64,000 nucleotides of DNA, from positions 1 to 64,000 of the forward strand of contig CAVXEP010000018.1 of assembly GCA_963760795.1 (NCBI GenBank), read 5' to 3'. A model generated the notes under the pieces. The model did no database searches and was not told the origin of the DNA. It saw only the letters and a list, made by a program, of their open reading frames with translations. A program made the position numbers and the translations under genes. Below are positions 1 through 10,501 of this stretch, one piece after another. Position 1 is the stretch's first letter. The number at the start of each line of letters is the position of its first letter. Source of the stretch: an uncultured delta proteobacterium (GTDB taxonomy: Bacteria > Desulfobacterota > Binatia > UBA9968).

Positions 1-656
1 CCGACGTGCTCAAAGAAATCAGCGGCGGCTACCAAGCGAAATCAAAAAACACAATTAAATTTAATTTCGGCCCGTCCAATGGCCTCGCCCGGCAGATCGA
101 AGAAGGCGCCCCGGCAGATTTATTTTTCTCCGCCGACTTGCCGCAGATGGACACGCTCGATAAGAACGGCCGGCTGGAACCGGGCACCCGGAAAAACCTG
201 CTATCGAATCAGCTGGTGATCATCGTGCCGGCCGATTCCAAGCTCGCCATTTCTTCGCCGAAGGATTTATTGAAGGCCGACGTCAAGAAGATCGCGCTCG
301 CCGAGCCAACCTCCGTGCCGGTTGGCGTCTACAGCAGCAAGTACTTGACGGACGAAGGCTTGTGGGACCAAGTCAAACCTAAAGTCGTTCCCGTGCAAGA
401 TGTCCGCGCGACTCTGGCATCGGTCGAGTCCGGCAACGTCGAAGCCGGCTTTGTCTACAAAACCGACGCCGCTATTTCCAAGAAAGTGAAGATCGTCTAC
501 GAAGTGCCCATCGACAAAGGACCGAAGATCACCTACCCGGCTGCCATCGTCAAGGAATCGAAGCGCAAAGAAGCGGCACGCGACTTCATGACCTACGTCC
601 AGAGCCCCGCCGCAAAGGACGCTTTCAAAAGATATGGCTTTGTCGTATTAAATTGA
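1..656 (+). CDS. modA: Molybdate ABC transporter substrate-binding protein (5' end outside window)
   Basis: Motifs FGPSNGLARQIEEGAPADLFFSA, VPVGVY, GFVYKTDA; directly followed by modB and modC. Confidence 0.95.
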   Translation, partial: DVLKEISGGYQAKSKNTIKFNFGPSNGLARQIEEGAPADLFFSADLPQMDTLDKNGRLEPGTRKNLLSNQLVIIVPADSKLAISSPKDLLKADVKKIALAEPTSVPVGVYSSKYLTDEGLWDQVKPKVVPVQDVRATLASVESGNVEAGFVYKTDAAISKKVKIVYEVPIDKGPKITYPAAIVKESKRKEAARDFMTYVQSPAAKDAFKRYGFVVLN

Positions 657-677
657 AATCGAGGTTGTTTTCATTTC

Positions 678-1352
678 GTGATCTTCTCGTTTGATACCTG
701 GCAAATCACGTTCTTTTCTCTCTCCGTCGGGCTGGCCAGCACACTGCTGATTTTGCCGTTCGGCGTGGTTCTGGCTTGGCTCTTCGCTCGCAAATCGTGG
801 CCGCTAAAAAGTTTCGTCGAGACAGTCGTTCTGCTGCCGTTGGTGATGCCGCCGGTCTCCACAGGTTTGATCCTGCTCAAGATATTTGGCCGGCGCAGCC
901 CGATCGGTCAATGGCTTTACGAGCGCGGCGTCGAAATCGTCTTCAACTGGAAAGGCGTGCTCATCGCCATGTCGGTGATGTCCTTTCCCCTGCTCGTCCG
1001 TTCGGTGCGCACTTCTTTCGCCGAGGTTAATCCGCGGCTCGAACAGATCGCCGCCACCCTCGGCGCTTCGCCGCTAAGAATTTTCTTCGTGATCACAATC
1101 CCGCTCGCCTACAAAGGCATCGTCGCCGGCGCCCTGCTGGCGTTTTCCCGCGCTCTCGGTGAATTCGGCGCAACGATCTTACTCGCAGGAAATATCCCCG
1201 GTGAAACGCAGACTTTATCGTTGGCGATCTACAACTTCGTTCAGGTCGGCAAAGATTCGGACGCTTTCGTGCTGCTTGGGATTACGGTGGCACTGGCATT
1301 CCTCTTCGTGTGGTCGTCGGAATGGTTGCTGCGATCGGGAAATAAGGCGTAA
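678..1352 (+). CDS. modB: Molybdate ABC transporter permease
   Basis: LPLVMPPVSTG, EAA-like loop (LEQIAATLGAS), FSRALGEFGAT. Confidence 0.95.
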   Translation: MIFSFDTWQITFFSLSVGLASTLLILPFGVVLAWLFARKSWPLKSFVETVVLLPLVMPPVSTGLILLKIFGRRSPIGQWLYERGVEIVFNWKGVLIAMSVMSFPLLVRSVRTSFAEVNPRLEQIAATLGASPLRIFFVITIPLAYKGIVAGALLAFSRALGEFGATILLAGNIPGETQTLSLAIYNFVQVGKDSDAFVLLGITVALAFLFVWSSEWLLRSGNKA

Positions 1353-1353
1353 C

Positions 1354-2427
1354 ATGCTGCTGCGCTGTCGCATTCCCCTGGCCGAATTTGAATTGGACTT
1401 GAACGTGTCCTTCGACGCCCGTGTCACGGCCATTTTCGGACCTTCGGGATCGGGCAAGACCACGCTGCTCGATGCGATCGCCGGCCTGCGCCCGATCACG
1501 GCAGGCGAAATTGAGATCGATGGCCAGATACTTTTTTCCACAGTCAAAGGAATCGATCTGCCGGCAAGGCAACGCGGCATCGGTTACGTCCCTCAAGAGG
1601 CCGCCCTCTTCCCGCACCTCTCGGTGCAACAAAATATTCTCTTCGGCGGCGGGCGAGAAATCCAATCCGGGAGTTCGCAGGGGATTCAATTGGCTCACGT
1701 CCTTGAAGTTCTGGAGATTGGCGGCTTGCTGGAACGTCCTGTCACAAAACTGTCAGGCGGTGAAGCTCAGCGGGTGGCGCTCGCCCGGGCGATCTTATCC
1801 CGGCCGCGACTTTTGCTGCTCGACGAGCCGTTGGCCGCTCTCGACATCGGCCTCAAGGAAAGAATCCTCCCGTATCTTGGCCGGGTCCGCGATGAGTTTA
1901 CGATTCCGATGATCTATGTCACCCATAATCTCACCGAGGTGTTGACTCTGGCGGATTGGGTCTTGATGATCCATCAAGGGCGATTGATCACTCAGGGTGT
2001 TCCGAGAGAGACGCTCAGATCGTCTCGCGCGATGCTGCAGAGCCCGGATGAGCAGTTCGAAAACGTCTTCACCGCAACCTTCGTTGATTCAGACGCTAAA
2101 GCCGGTCGAAGCAAAGTCCGCGTGCAAAGCGGCGAAGACCTTTTCATACCGTACCTGCCACAGTCGCCGAACCGTCCTTTTCAGATTCGCATCAGCGCGG
2201 ACGATATCATTGTCGCAACGCAGAATCCTGAAGGCATCTCCGCGGGCAATGTTTTGCCTGGAGTGATCCGCACGATCGACATGCTCGACGGCCAGGCGAT
2301 GCTGACGGTAATTGCAGGGGAAGAATTTTACGTACGGCTTACCGGCGCCGCGGTGACAAGGCTCGGCCTGCTCGAAGGTAGCCGGGTTTTTCTAATTATG
2401 AAGACCAGGTCTTTCCATTTACTGTGA
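1354..2427 (+). CDS. modC: Molybdate ABC transporter ATPase
   Basis: Walker A GPSGSGKTT, signature LSGGE, Walker B LLLLDEP, TOBE-like C-terminus; ATG at 1354 just after the modB stop. Confidence 0.93.
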   Translation: MLLRCRIPLAEFELDLNVSFDARVTAIFGPSGSGKTTLLDAIAGLRPITAGEIEIDGQILFSTVKGIDLPARQRGIGYVPQEAALFPHLSVQQNILFGGGREIQSGSSQGIQLAHVLEVLEIGGLLERPVTKLSGGEAQRVALARAILSRPRLLLLDEPLAALDIGLKERILPYLGRVRDEFTIPMIYVTHNLTEVLTLADWVLMIHQGRLITQGVPRETLRSSRAMLQSPDEQFENVFTATFVDSDAKAGRSKVRVQSGEDLFIPYLPQSPNRPFQIRISADDIIVATQNPEGISAGNVLPGVIRTIDMLDGQAMLTVIAGEEFYVRLTGAAVTRLGLLEGSRVFLIMKTRSFHLL

Positions 2428-2850
2428 TCATTTATAGCGTTGGCGGAATCAACTACGTCTCGACTAATGAGCGACTGGAAAAGGAAGCTGGAGCTGCCGG
2501 CCGGCTTCAAACCCGTTGGGGAAACTGTGCAAGGTTTCCTGATTGGGTCGATTCCAATCCGAGTCTTACTAAGATTCCGACGCGAATCTTTAAGTAGCGA
2601 TCAACGGTTGGAACCGCCTCACAACGCGGTGGAAATTGTGCCGGGAATTTATCAAGCAGAATCGATACAGACTATCGTCAACAAGACTGCGGCAAAGTTT
2701 TGCCGTGGCCGACGGTCCGCGCATGCCGACCGATATAGAACCAGTTACGGGGCAACGATTTTATTGACAGCACGAGCCGTCCAGGTCAGATTGGGTCTTT
2801 CTGCAGCGACCTTCGTTTGCAACGTCGCAGCTCGCATCAAGGAGGATCGG

Positions 2851-3969
2851 ATGAAATATTTTTGCACGCAGTTAATTCGCTATCTGTTCAGCGTCGCGCT
2901 TGCGCCCATGCTGGGATTTGCCGGTGAAGCAAAACCGCCCTCCACACTAGAGTGGGATAAGACCGTCGAAGCCGCCAATAAAGAGGGTAAGATCGTCGCG
3001 GGCATCCCGGCCAGCGCCGAGCTCAGAAAAACTCTCGGCGACGCTTTCAAGGCGCGCTTCCCCGCCATCGATTTGGAAATCACCAACGCTCGCGGACCAT
3101 CGAATGCCGGCAAGATCGCTGCGGAACACGCCGCCGGCGTGCGCTATTATGATATTCTCATCAGCGGTACTCAGACGCCGTTCAATCTGCTCAATGCCGG
3201 CATCCTTGATCCCGCCGAAGCATTGCTGATGATTCCTGAAGTCAAAGATCCTAAACGCTGGTTCGGCGGCCACATGTGGCTCGACAACGCGCGCCGCAAC
3301 GTCTACATGTTCCAATCGTATACCTCGGAAAACCTCTGGCACAACACGACGCTGGTTAAACCGGAAGAGCTGCGTTCTTACGACGACCTGCTCGCGCCCA
3401 AATGGAAGGGTAAGATCGGCATCCTGGATCCGCGCACCGGCGGCGGTGGATCGGCGACCTGGGCGTATTTTCTAAAGATCAAAGGCGAAGAGTTTCTCAA
3501 AAAGCTGGCGGCGCAAGACATGTTACTCTCGCGCGACCAACGCCAACTCGGCGACAGCCTAGCCAAGGGTAAGGTCAACGTGACCATTGGGCTTACCTAT
3601 TATAGTTTGTCGCCCTTCTTAAAAGCCGGACTGCCGATCAAACCTTTGCCGGAAATGAAGGAAGGCACCTACATCAGTTGCGGCAGCGGCGCTCTCTCGG
3701 TGATCAAGAACTCGCCCCATCCCAATGCCACCAAAGTCTTCGTCAATTGGCTCCTGAGCAAAGAGGGCCAGGAGGTTTACGGCAAAGCGATGGGCCAAGC
3801 GACCCGCCGCTTGGACGTGGACACCAAGTGGCTGCTTGAATATGGCACTCGCTCATCGAAGGACTTTTTCAGCGTCGAAGAAAGCATCCGCCGGGAAAAC
3901 TACAGCGAAGACACCGTCAATAACTATTGGGCTAGAGCCAACAAGCTCGCCAACGAAGTCTTCCAGTAG
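2851..3969 (+). CDS. Extracellular solute-binding protein (AfuA/PotD-like fold)
   Basis: GGAGG RBS before ATG 2851, signal peptide, DLLAPKWKGKI and PHPNATKVFVNWLLSKEGQ motifs. Confidence 0.85.
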   Translation: MKYFCTQLIRYLFSVALAPMLGFAGEAKPPSTLEWDKTVEAANKEGKIVAGIPASAELRKTLGDAFKARFPAIDLEITNARGPSNAGKIAAEHAAGVRYYDILISGTQTPFNLLNAGILDPAEALLMIPEVKDPKRWFGGHMWLDNARRNVYMFQSYTSENLWHNTTLVKPEELRSYDDLLAPKWKGKIGILDPRTGGGGSATWAYFLKIKGEEFLKKLAAQDMLLSRDQRQLGDSLAKGKVNVTIGLTYYSLSPFLKAGLPIKPLPEMKEGTYISCGSGALSVIKNSPHPNATKVFVNWLLSKEGQEVYGKAMGQATRRLDVDTKWLLEYGTRSSKDFFSVEESIRRENYSEDTVNNYWARANKLANEVFQ

Positions 3970-4018
3970 CACCGATTGACCTCTTGAAACCTTGAACGAG
4001 CACGGGATAAAGCAAGCC

Positions 4019-5137
4019 ATGCGGTATGTCCGATCTACCATCGTCACGGTGATCCTGTTACTTCCAATTACGGTAAGCGCGCTCTACGCAGCCGAAGCCA
4101 GGCTGCCGTGGCAATCCGATTGGGACAAGACCGTCGAGGCGGCCAAGAAAGAAGGCAAAGTCGTCGCCGGCATTCCGGCCAGCGCGGAACTGCGCAAAGC
4201 GTTGGACGAGACATTTAGCAAGCGCTATCCCGACATCGACATTGAGCTCGCCACCGGTCGCGGCCCGGCCAACGCGAGCAAGATCGCCGCCGAACATGCC
4301 GCCGGCGTGCGCTACTTCGACCTGCTCATCAGCGGCTCGTTGACACCGTTGAATCTATTGAACGCCGGTATTCTCGAGCCCATCGAACCGTTGCTGATCT
4401 TGCCGGACGTGAAAGATCCCAAACGTTGGTACGGCGGCCATGTCTGGGCGGACAACGCCAAGAAATATCTCTACTCGTTCCAGGCCTACCAGTCGGAAAA
4501 CTTTTGGCACAACACGCAGCTGGTGAAACCGGACGAGTACCGCGGCTTCGACGACCTGCTCAATCCGAAATGGAAAGGCAAGATCGGCATCCTCGATCCC
4601 CGCTCCGCCGGTAGCGGTACCTCGACCTGGGCGTTCTTCTATAAGGTTAAGGGCGAAGAGTTTTTGCGTAAACTAGCGGCCCAAGAACTAACATTGTCGC
4701 GCGAGCAGCGGCTGCTCGGGGAAAGTCTCGCCAAGGGGCGCTTCGCCATCACCATCGGCCTCACCTACTACACGCTGGCACCCTTCATCAAAGCCAACCT
4801 ACCCATCAAGCCACTGCCCGAAGCCAAGGAAGGCAGCTACACCAGCAGCGGCAGCGGTGCCTTATCGGTGGTGAAAAACTCAAGCCACCCCAACGCCACC
4901 AAAGTCTTCGTCAATTGGCTGCTCGGCAAGGAAGGCCAGGAGACCTACGGCAAGGCGATGGGCCAAGCGACGCGCCGGCTCGACGTCGACACCAAGTGGT
5001 TGGCGGAGTACGGCACCAAGGCGTCGAAAGATTTCTTGAGCTTCGAGGAAAATCAAAGACGAGAAAACTCCAGCGAAGAGGTCCTCACCCAGCTCTGGCC
5101 CAAGGCGATCAAACTGGCTAATGAACTGCTGAAATGA
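4019..5137 (+). CDS. Extracellular solute-binding protein, tandem paralog of the previous gene
   Basis: Same motifs, with long identical peptide blocks (e.g. KIAAEHAAGVRY, YGKAMGQATRRLDVDTKWL). Confidence 0.85.
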   Translation: MRYVRSTIVTVILLLPITVSALYAAEARLPWQSDWDKTVEAAKKEGKVVAGIPASAELRKALDETFSKRYPDIDIELATGRGPANASKIAAEHAAGVRYFDLLISGSLTPLNLLNAGILEPIEPLLILPDVKDPKRWYGGHVWADNAKKYLYSFQAYQSENFWHNTQLVKPDEYRGFDDLLNPKWKGKIGILDPRSAGSGTSTWAFFYKVKGEEFLRKLAAQELTLSREQRLLGESLAKGRFAITIGLTYYTLAPFIKANLPIKPLPEAKEGSYTSSGSGALSVVKNSSHPNATKVFVNWLLGKEGQETYGKAMGQATRRLDVDTKWLAEYGTKASKDFLSFEENQRRENSSEEVLTQLWPKAIKLANELLK

Positions 5138-5291
5138 CGATTGCCGCAACGAGAAACCGGGGAAGGTTCTGGAAAACTGATCGAAAGTCAGCGAAATGTC
5201 AGAGTCCAACTCCAGCAAGCAGATAACATCACAGGGTGTTTGCCGGGATCTATACGGCTAACGATGGAGCATTCTCTGTTCGTCCTGCACC

Positions 5292-5930
5292 CTAGCGCAC
5301 CGGTTCACACTTAATCCCGCCGCCCTCTTCGGGCACACTGAAAACATCGCAGCGATAGGAATGGCCATCGGACGTGCGCACCGTCGAAAACGTGCCCAAA
5401 TCGGTGACCAGATATTGACCGACTCGGGTGGACGGTGCCTGGGCGCCGCGGGAAGCGGCGCCGGCGGAAAAACTGTCGACGGCCATGCCGAGTAGACCGA
5501 GAGTCGCAGCGTTTTCGATGTGGTCGCCTTGCTCGTGGTTCGCCAGCGCCGAAAGTTGGGTCTTCACCACCGGTTTGAGCGCGGCGATCTCTTCATCCAT
5601 GGCAACCAACTCGTCCTGCATCTCGCGCAACCGGTCGGGACGGAGATTGGTATCGCGCATGGTGACGGTGAATTCGCGCTTGCGCAGGTCGAGATCGACC
5701 AGACGGTAAAATTCCGGCGACGCGCCGACGGTGCCGGTGATGATCGTCTTCAACGAGCCCGCGACACGCTGCCGTTCCGGCCAGCGTGAAACGCTATTAA
5801 GAGACTGCATATCTCCCTGATACTGGGTCATTCCGGAGAGTAACGTGCCGCTACGGCTAATATGCGCGGTTGATGAACATCCAGCCAACCCGGCTATGGC
5901 CAACAACAATGCAATGTTTAATTTCATCAT
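5292..5930 (-). CDS. Hypothetical lipoprotein
   Basis: MMKLNIALLLAIAGLAGC lipobox; central coiled-coil-like segment. Confidence 0.7.
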   Translation of the reverse strand: MMKLNIALLLAIAGLAGCSSTAHISRSGTLLSGMTQYQGDMQSLNSVSRWPERQRVAGSLKTIITGTVGASPEFYRLVDLDLRKREFTVTMRDTNLRPDRLREMQDELVAMDEEIAALKPVVKTQLSALANHEQGDHIENAATLGLLGMAVDSFSAGAASRGAQAPSTRVGQYLVTDLGTFSTVRTSDGHSYRCDVFSVPEEGGGIKCEPVR

Positions 5931-6138
5931 GTCGCTAAGAATACCACATCGGCCCAAACGGCTGAAGATTATTTTAACGATGGCCGGCAGCTGCTAGGTC
6001 GACCATCTTTCGTTTCTTAGGTCAATTGCGGGGGCAATACCCGGCGGCTGGCGCTATTGAGAAGCAGCATGGCTTAAGACATAAAGGCTACTGAATTTAA
6101 TACATTGCGCGCCAGTAAGGCGCTGGAGGACAGACTTC

Positions 6139-7107
6139 ATGATGAAGAAGATCGCTGCAGCTGTACTTTTCACTCTAACGATCCTATCGGTTACCGCGGC
6201 AAATGCCCTCGATACCGTTACCGCGGCGTTTGACCTCGAAAGCGTTTCAATATGTCCCGCTGGTCATCGCCCAGGAGCGCGGCTACATGAGAGGAGGAAG
6301 GACTTGAGCTAAAACTGGTCTTCATGCAGAACGCCGCCCGGCCTGCAAGCCTTGATCGCCAACGCGGTGCAGTTTTCCGGCTCCGGCAGCAGCGCACTGG
6401 TGGCGATCTCCAAAGGCAACGCGCCGCTGAAAACCATCCTGGCGTTCAACGATCAAGTGCTGCAGTGGATCGTCGCCCGGCCCAATATCAAAAGCCTGAG
6501 AGATTTATCCGGCAAAAAGGTCGCCACCACCGGCGTGGCATCCATCGCCGCTTACATGTTTCGCAATATCTTAACCAAAAACAATATCCCCAAAGATATC
6601 GTGCTGATCGATCCCGGCCCAGTCAATCGGCTGCCGTCGCTCTTGTCCGGCGCCGTCGACGCCGCCATCGTCAGCCCGGAGGAGCGATACGCCGCGCTCG
6701 ACCAAGGCATGCGCGATCTCGTCTTCATCGGCAAGGAAGTTAAAAACTCCTGGGGCACCTTCGCCACCTCCGAAAGATTCATCAAGGAACAGCCCAAGCA
6801 ACTCGCCGGCTTCGTCCGCGCCGTGGTCAAAGGGCTGCGCGTCGCCCGCCAAGAGCGTGAAAGCACCATCGCCGCAATTACAAAATTTAGCGAACTGGAC
6901 CGCGCCCTTTCCACACGCATGTACGACGACCTGGTCGGCACCTTCACGAAGAACGGCTACGTCGACGAACAGAGTCAAAAAAACGACCTCGCCATCGTCG
7001 CTCAAGTCGCCGACGTGAATGAAGTCGTCCCGCCAAAACGCGCCTACGATTTCAGTTTCGCGATCCAAGCCGAACAACAGCTGAACAAGCAGGGGTGGAA
7101 GCCGTAA
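6139..7107 (+). CDS. ABC transporter substrate-binding protein (NMT1/SsuA-like), frameshifted at ~6230-6345
   Basis: GGAGG RBS and signal peptide from 6139; downstream ORF 6352-7107 is colinear with the paralog at 7357. Confidence 0.8.
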
Positions 7108-7356
7108 TTGCGTTCATCATTCCTCGTCAATGTCCGTGAATCTCTTGGGCGTTAATTGAATTGCTATCAGCTAAAGTTATGTGCCGTGCACGAATTTATC
7201 TGGAGCGCCTTTGTGTCAGGTAGTTCTAGACAAGTTCGCCGTCCCGGTGGAGCGCGGCGATGGCCAATCGTTTTATGATTGACGTGAAACTCCTTGCCAA
7301 CAACTAAGCAGCCGCGCTAAAAGACAGCTAGCTTCGACTGGCAAAGGAGTTTAGCC

Positions 7357-8328
7357 ATGAGCAAATCCGCAGTTGTCGTTAGCCTCATTTTCGCGACCGT
7401 GGTTTCTTCCTCAACTGTCTTCGCCGCCGACACCATCACCGTCGCGCTGACAGCGAAAGCTTTTCAATATACGATTCTTCCGGTAGCGCAGGAGCGCGGC
7501 TACATGAAGGAAGAAGGGCTCGACATGAAGCTCACCTACATGCAGTCCGGCCCGAGCTTGCAGGCGGTGATGGCCGGCAGTGCGCAGTTCTCCGGCGCCG
7601 GCAGCAGCGCGTTGGTGGGTATTTCCAAAGGCAACGCACCGATGAAGACCGTGCTCGCGCTCAACGATCAAGTTTTGCAATGGGTAGTCGCGCGGCCCAA
7701 TGTCGCCGGCCCTGGCGATCTCAAAGGCAAAAAAGTCGCGTCCGCCGGTATCGCTTCCCTCGGCACTTTCATGTTGCGGCAAATCCTCGCGACCAAGTAC
7801 GGCGTCGACGGCAAAGACGTGATCTTCATCGACCCAGGACCGCTCAACCGCCTGCCAGCGCTCATGTCCGGCGCCGCCGATGCCGCCATTGTCAGCGCCG
7901 AAGAACGCTACCAGGCGGTCGAGCAGGGCATGAAAGACTTCATGTATCTGGGCAAAGAGTTAAAAAATTCTTGGGGAACCATCGCGACCTCCGACCGCTT
8001 CCTCAAAGAGCAGCCCAAGCAGATGTTGGGCTTTGCCCGTGCGGTCATCAAAGCATTACGTTATTTTCGCAATGAGCGTGATGGCGCCATCGCCGCCGCG
8101 GTGAAGTTCACCGAATCCGACCGCTCCCTGGTCAGCCGCATGTACGACGACATGGTGAAGTCGTTTACCGCCGCCGGCTACGTCGATGACGAAACCCAGA
8201 AAAACGACCTGGCCATCGTCAAGCTGGTCGCCGAAGTCAACGAAGTCGTGCCCAACAACAAAGCCTACGACTTCAGTTTCGCCCGCCAAGCCGAAGCCCA
8301 GTTGAACAAACAGGGATGGAAACCATAG
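7357..8328 (+). CDS. ABC transporter substrate-binding protein (NMT1/SsuA-like)
   Basis: Signal peptide, VAQERGYMKEEGLD, DLKGKKV, AYDFSFA..A C-terminal motif. Confidence 0.88.
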   Translation: MSKSAVVVSLIFATVVSSSTVFAADTITVALTAKAFQYTILPVAQERGYMKEEGLDMKLTYMQSGPSLQAVMAGSAQFSGAGSSALVGISKGNAPMKTVLALNDQVLQWVVARPNVAGPGDLKGKKVASAGIASLGTFMLRQILATKYGVDGKDVIFIDPGPLNRLPALMSGAADAAIVSAEERYQAVEQGMKDFMYLGKELKNSWGTIATSDRFLKEQPKQMLGFARAVIKALRYFRNERDGAIAAAVKFTESDRSLVSRMYDDMVKSFTAAGYVDDETQKNDLAIVKLVAEVNEVVPNNKAYDFSFARQAEAQLNKQGWKP

Positions 8329-8331
8329 CGT

Positions 8332-8370
8332 GGTTCAAGGTTCAAGGTTCAAGGTTCAAGGTTCAAGGTT
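8332..8370. repeat. Tandem heptamer (GGTTCAA)x5.5
   Basis: Read directly, starting 3 bp after the stop codon. Confidence 0.95.
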
Positions 8371-8489
8371 AGACATCAATTGATCTGATTTATTCATCGA
8401 AGTTCGAACAAAACTATTCAGGTTGAACAATCAGGAACCCTGGGGTTCGCGGCCCCCATTCAGACTAGGGTTACCCAGTCCGTGGATCC

Positions 8490-8790
8490 CTAACGGTTAG
8501 AACAGAACGCAGCGGATAATCGACTTGAACGATTTGAACGGCCCCTCGAAGCGATTCGATCCCGTTCGTTGCGCAACATTTCAAGAAACGCTTGCGCTAT
8601 GGCGGAAAGCGGCCGTTTCTTCGAGTATATGATCTGGCTCTGCCCCACTAGTTCCAGTCCGGTCACCTTTAGAATCTTGAACTCGCCTGACGCGACTTCC
8701 GACTGGATCGAGTCGGCCAGGGCAACGCCGACGCCCATCTTCTGGCGCACGGCGGCCTTGATCCCCGTCGGTCCGTCGCAGTACAACAGA
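8490..8790 (-). pseudogene. C-terminal fragment of a LysR-type regulator (substrate-binding domain end)
   Basis: IKAAVRQKMGVG...EVASGEFKIL...IIYSKKRPLSAIAQAFLEML resembles LysR C-termini; no HTH, and the similarity stops at the island edge. Confidence 0.7.
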
Positions 8791-8827
8791 AACGAAACAA
8801 GTCAAAAGCCCGAAAGGACTCACGCCA

Positions 8828-10501
8828 ATGCACAAAAAGGATCGAAGTAGCCTCGAACTGTTCCTATCTAGCATATCGCTGGGACTTATTATGCTCTCGG
8901 GATGTGCTGCGGGATCACTCCGACTCTACGACGAAACCAAGTCGAAAATGAGCGCTGAAGTCAAAGAGAAATACGGCCAAGCGGACGTTGTCGGGGTTAT
9001 CGATGTGGAAAAGAAAAACTTGGACGCGCTTCATCAGGAAGAATTGCAAGTCGTCCGCGATAATCTGCGTCTACAGCTCGACCTCACCCTTCTGGAGCTG
9101 GCCGACAATGACTCGCCAATGGCTGAGACTTGGCAGGATGAAATAGAAACGCCCATTGATGCCCTCGGCTTTAGTAACAGTGGTAACCTACGTAAGTTTC
9201 TAGGTGGGAGCGACCAGGTTGCCCTACGCAGTGCCGAATTAGAACGATTGAGGGATCGCATTTCAACCGCGACGTCAAAGCCACCGCAAGAATGCACGGT
9301 CGGCGGTGCACTGGACAGTGACTTGCAGTTTCCCCCGGGATTATCTCAGGTAGTCATTGATCGCGCTCAAGACAGGTACCAGATCTACAAGGAGACCTGT
9401 GAAAAATTAAAGAAAGCGCATGGGGAGACTGAGTTAGCTGAAGCAGGCAAGGTCAACAAGGCAAGGCGCAATTGGGAAAATGCCAAGAAAGTGCTCGTGG
9501 ACACAAAACGAGAGGCAGACAACGCAAAAAAGGGAGTGGATAAAATTGCAAAGGATTACGAAGCCTCTGTGGCCAAAGTCAGAGAAGCAGGTACAAGAGG
9601 CGATGCTCTACGCAAGACAATAAAAGAGAAAGCTGACGCTCTTCGCTCTGATTTAGAAAAAGCAACGAAGTTAGCGCCCCAAGCACTATCAGAGGAACGC
9701 CTATCGGCAATCCTTACCCTTCTGAAAGCCGCAGCGAGCGAACAGACCAAAGTTGAAGATAACGCAGAGCTTGCCCAAGCCGTTCTCATGGTAAATGGAC
9801 TGTCGTCGCTCGCAGGTGACGTAGCGGGACTCATAGCCGAAGCCAAAGCGCCGAGTGTCGGCAACCTTCTCATCGAATTGCAACATCAAACGGTATTGCT
9901 CGAACATGCAAAGGCTGTCGAGACCTTACAGGAACAACGCGTCAATATCCTGGAAAGCAAATACGCCGCCTATCGCAGTGAAGCAGAATTACTCTTAACT
10001 TTTCGTGATGCACTTTGTTCCTTCGCATTCCGGTCCGAGAACAAAACGCATCCTGGTGATAAATGCGACGAATTTTCAGTTGTCCAAGACAATAAGACTT
10101 GGACTTGTAAGTTTCCCGGTGAGGATCCCATTCGGGATTCAGACCCGAACAACAAAAAATGTGCATTGTTCAAACCATGGAAGACGTTCCTGAGTAAATC
10201 ACCTCAGGGAGATGCCGGACGAGAGTTTTTCAAGGCCCTCGCCTCCTTTACCCGTATTTTTCCCGTCCGCGCATTTCAGATCGAACAAGATTTCAATTTG
10301 GTTGACCTGCAGCACAGGGAAAACCTGGCATCTCGGGAGATGGCCCTTCGCGCCTGGAACAATCTGGCTGCTGTACCTATCGATCAGCTTCACGCCTATT
10401 ACCTATCAGGCCTCAAGCCCGAGGCGGTAGCCGATCTAATAGTTAAAGCCCTAGGATTTACCGCGATAACCGCTGGAGTCAGCACGGGAGGTCATAGATG
10501 A
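8828..10501 (+). CDS. Hypothetical coiled-coil lipoprotein (557 aa)
   Basis: Long ORF, LSGC lipobox, heptad-rich middle, Cys cluster, hydrophobic C-terminal helix; lower GC than flanks. Confidence 0.8.
   Translation: MHKKDRSSLELFLSSISLGLIMLSGCAAGSLRLYDETKSKMSAEVKEKYGQADVVGVIDVEKKNLDALHQEELQVVRDNLRLQLDLTLLELADNDSPMAETWQDEIETPIDALGFSNSGNLRKFLGGSDQVALRSAELERLRDRISTATSKPPQECTVGGALDSDLQFPPGLSQVVIDRAQDRYQIYKETCEKLKKAHGETELAEAGKVNKARRNWENAKKVLVDTKREADNAKKGVDKIAKDYEASVAKVREAGTRGDALRKTIKEKADALRSDLEKATKLAPQALSEERLSAILTLLKAAASEQTKVEDNAELAQAVLMVNGLSSLAGDVAGLIAEAKAPSVGNLLIELQHQTVLLEHAKAVETLQEQRVNILESKYAAYRSEAELLLTFRDALCSFAFRSENKTHPGDKCDEFSVVQDNKTWTCKFPGEDPIRDSDPNNKKCALFKPWKTFLSKSPQGDAGREFFKALASFTRIFPVRAFQIEQDFNLVDLQHRENLASREMALRAWNNLAAVPIDQLHAYYLSGLKPEAVADLIVKALGFTAITAGVSTGGHR

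Noticed and set aside
2440-2850. N-terminal extension of the 509-aa ORF
   Set aside because: RBS, signal peptide and paralog alignment place the start at 2851
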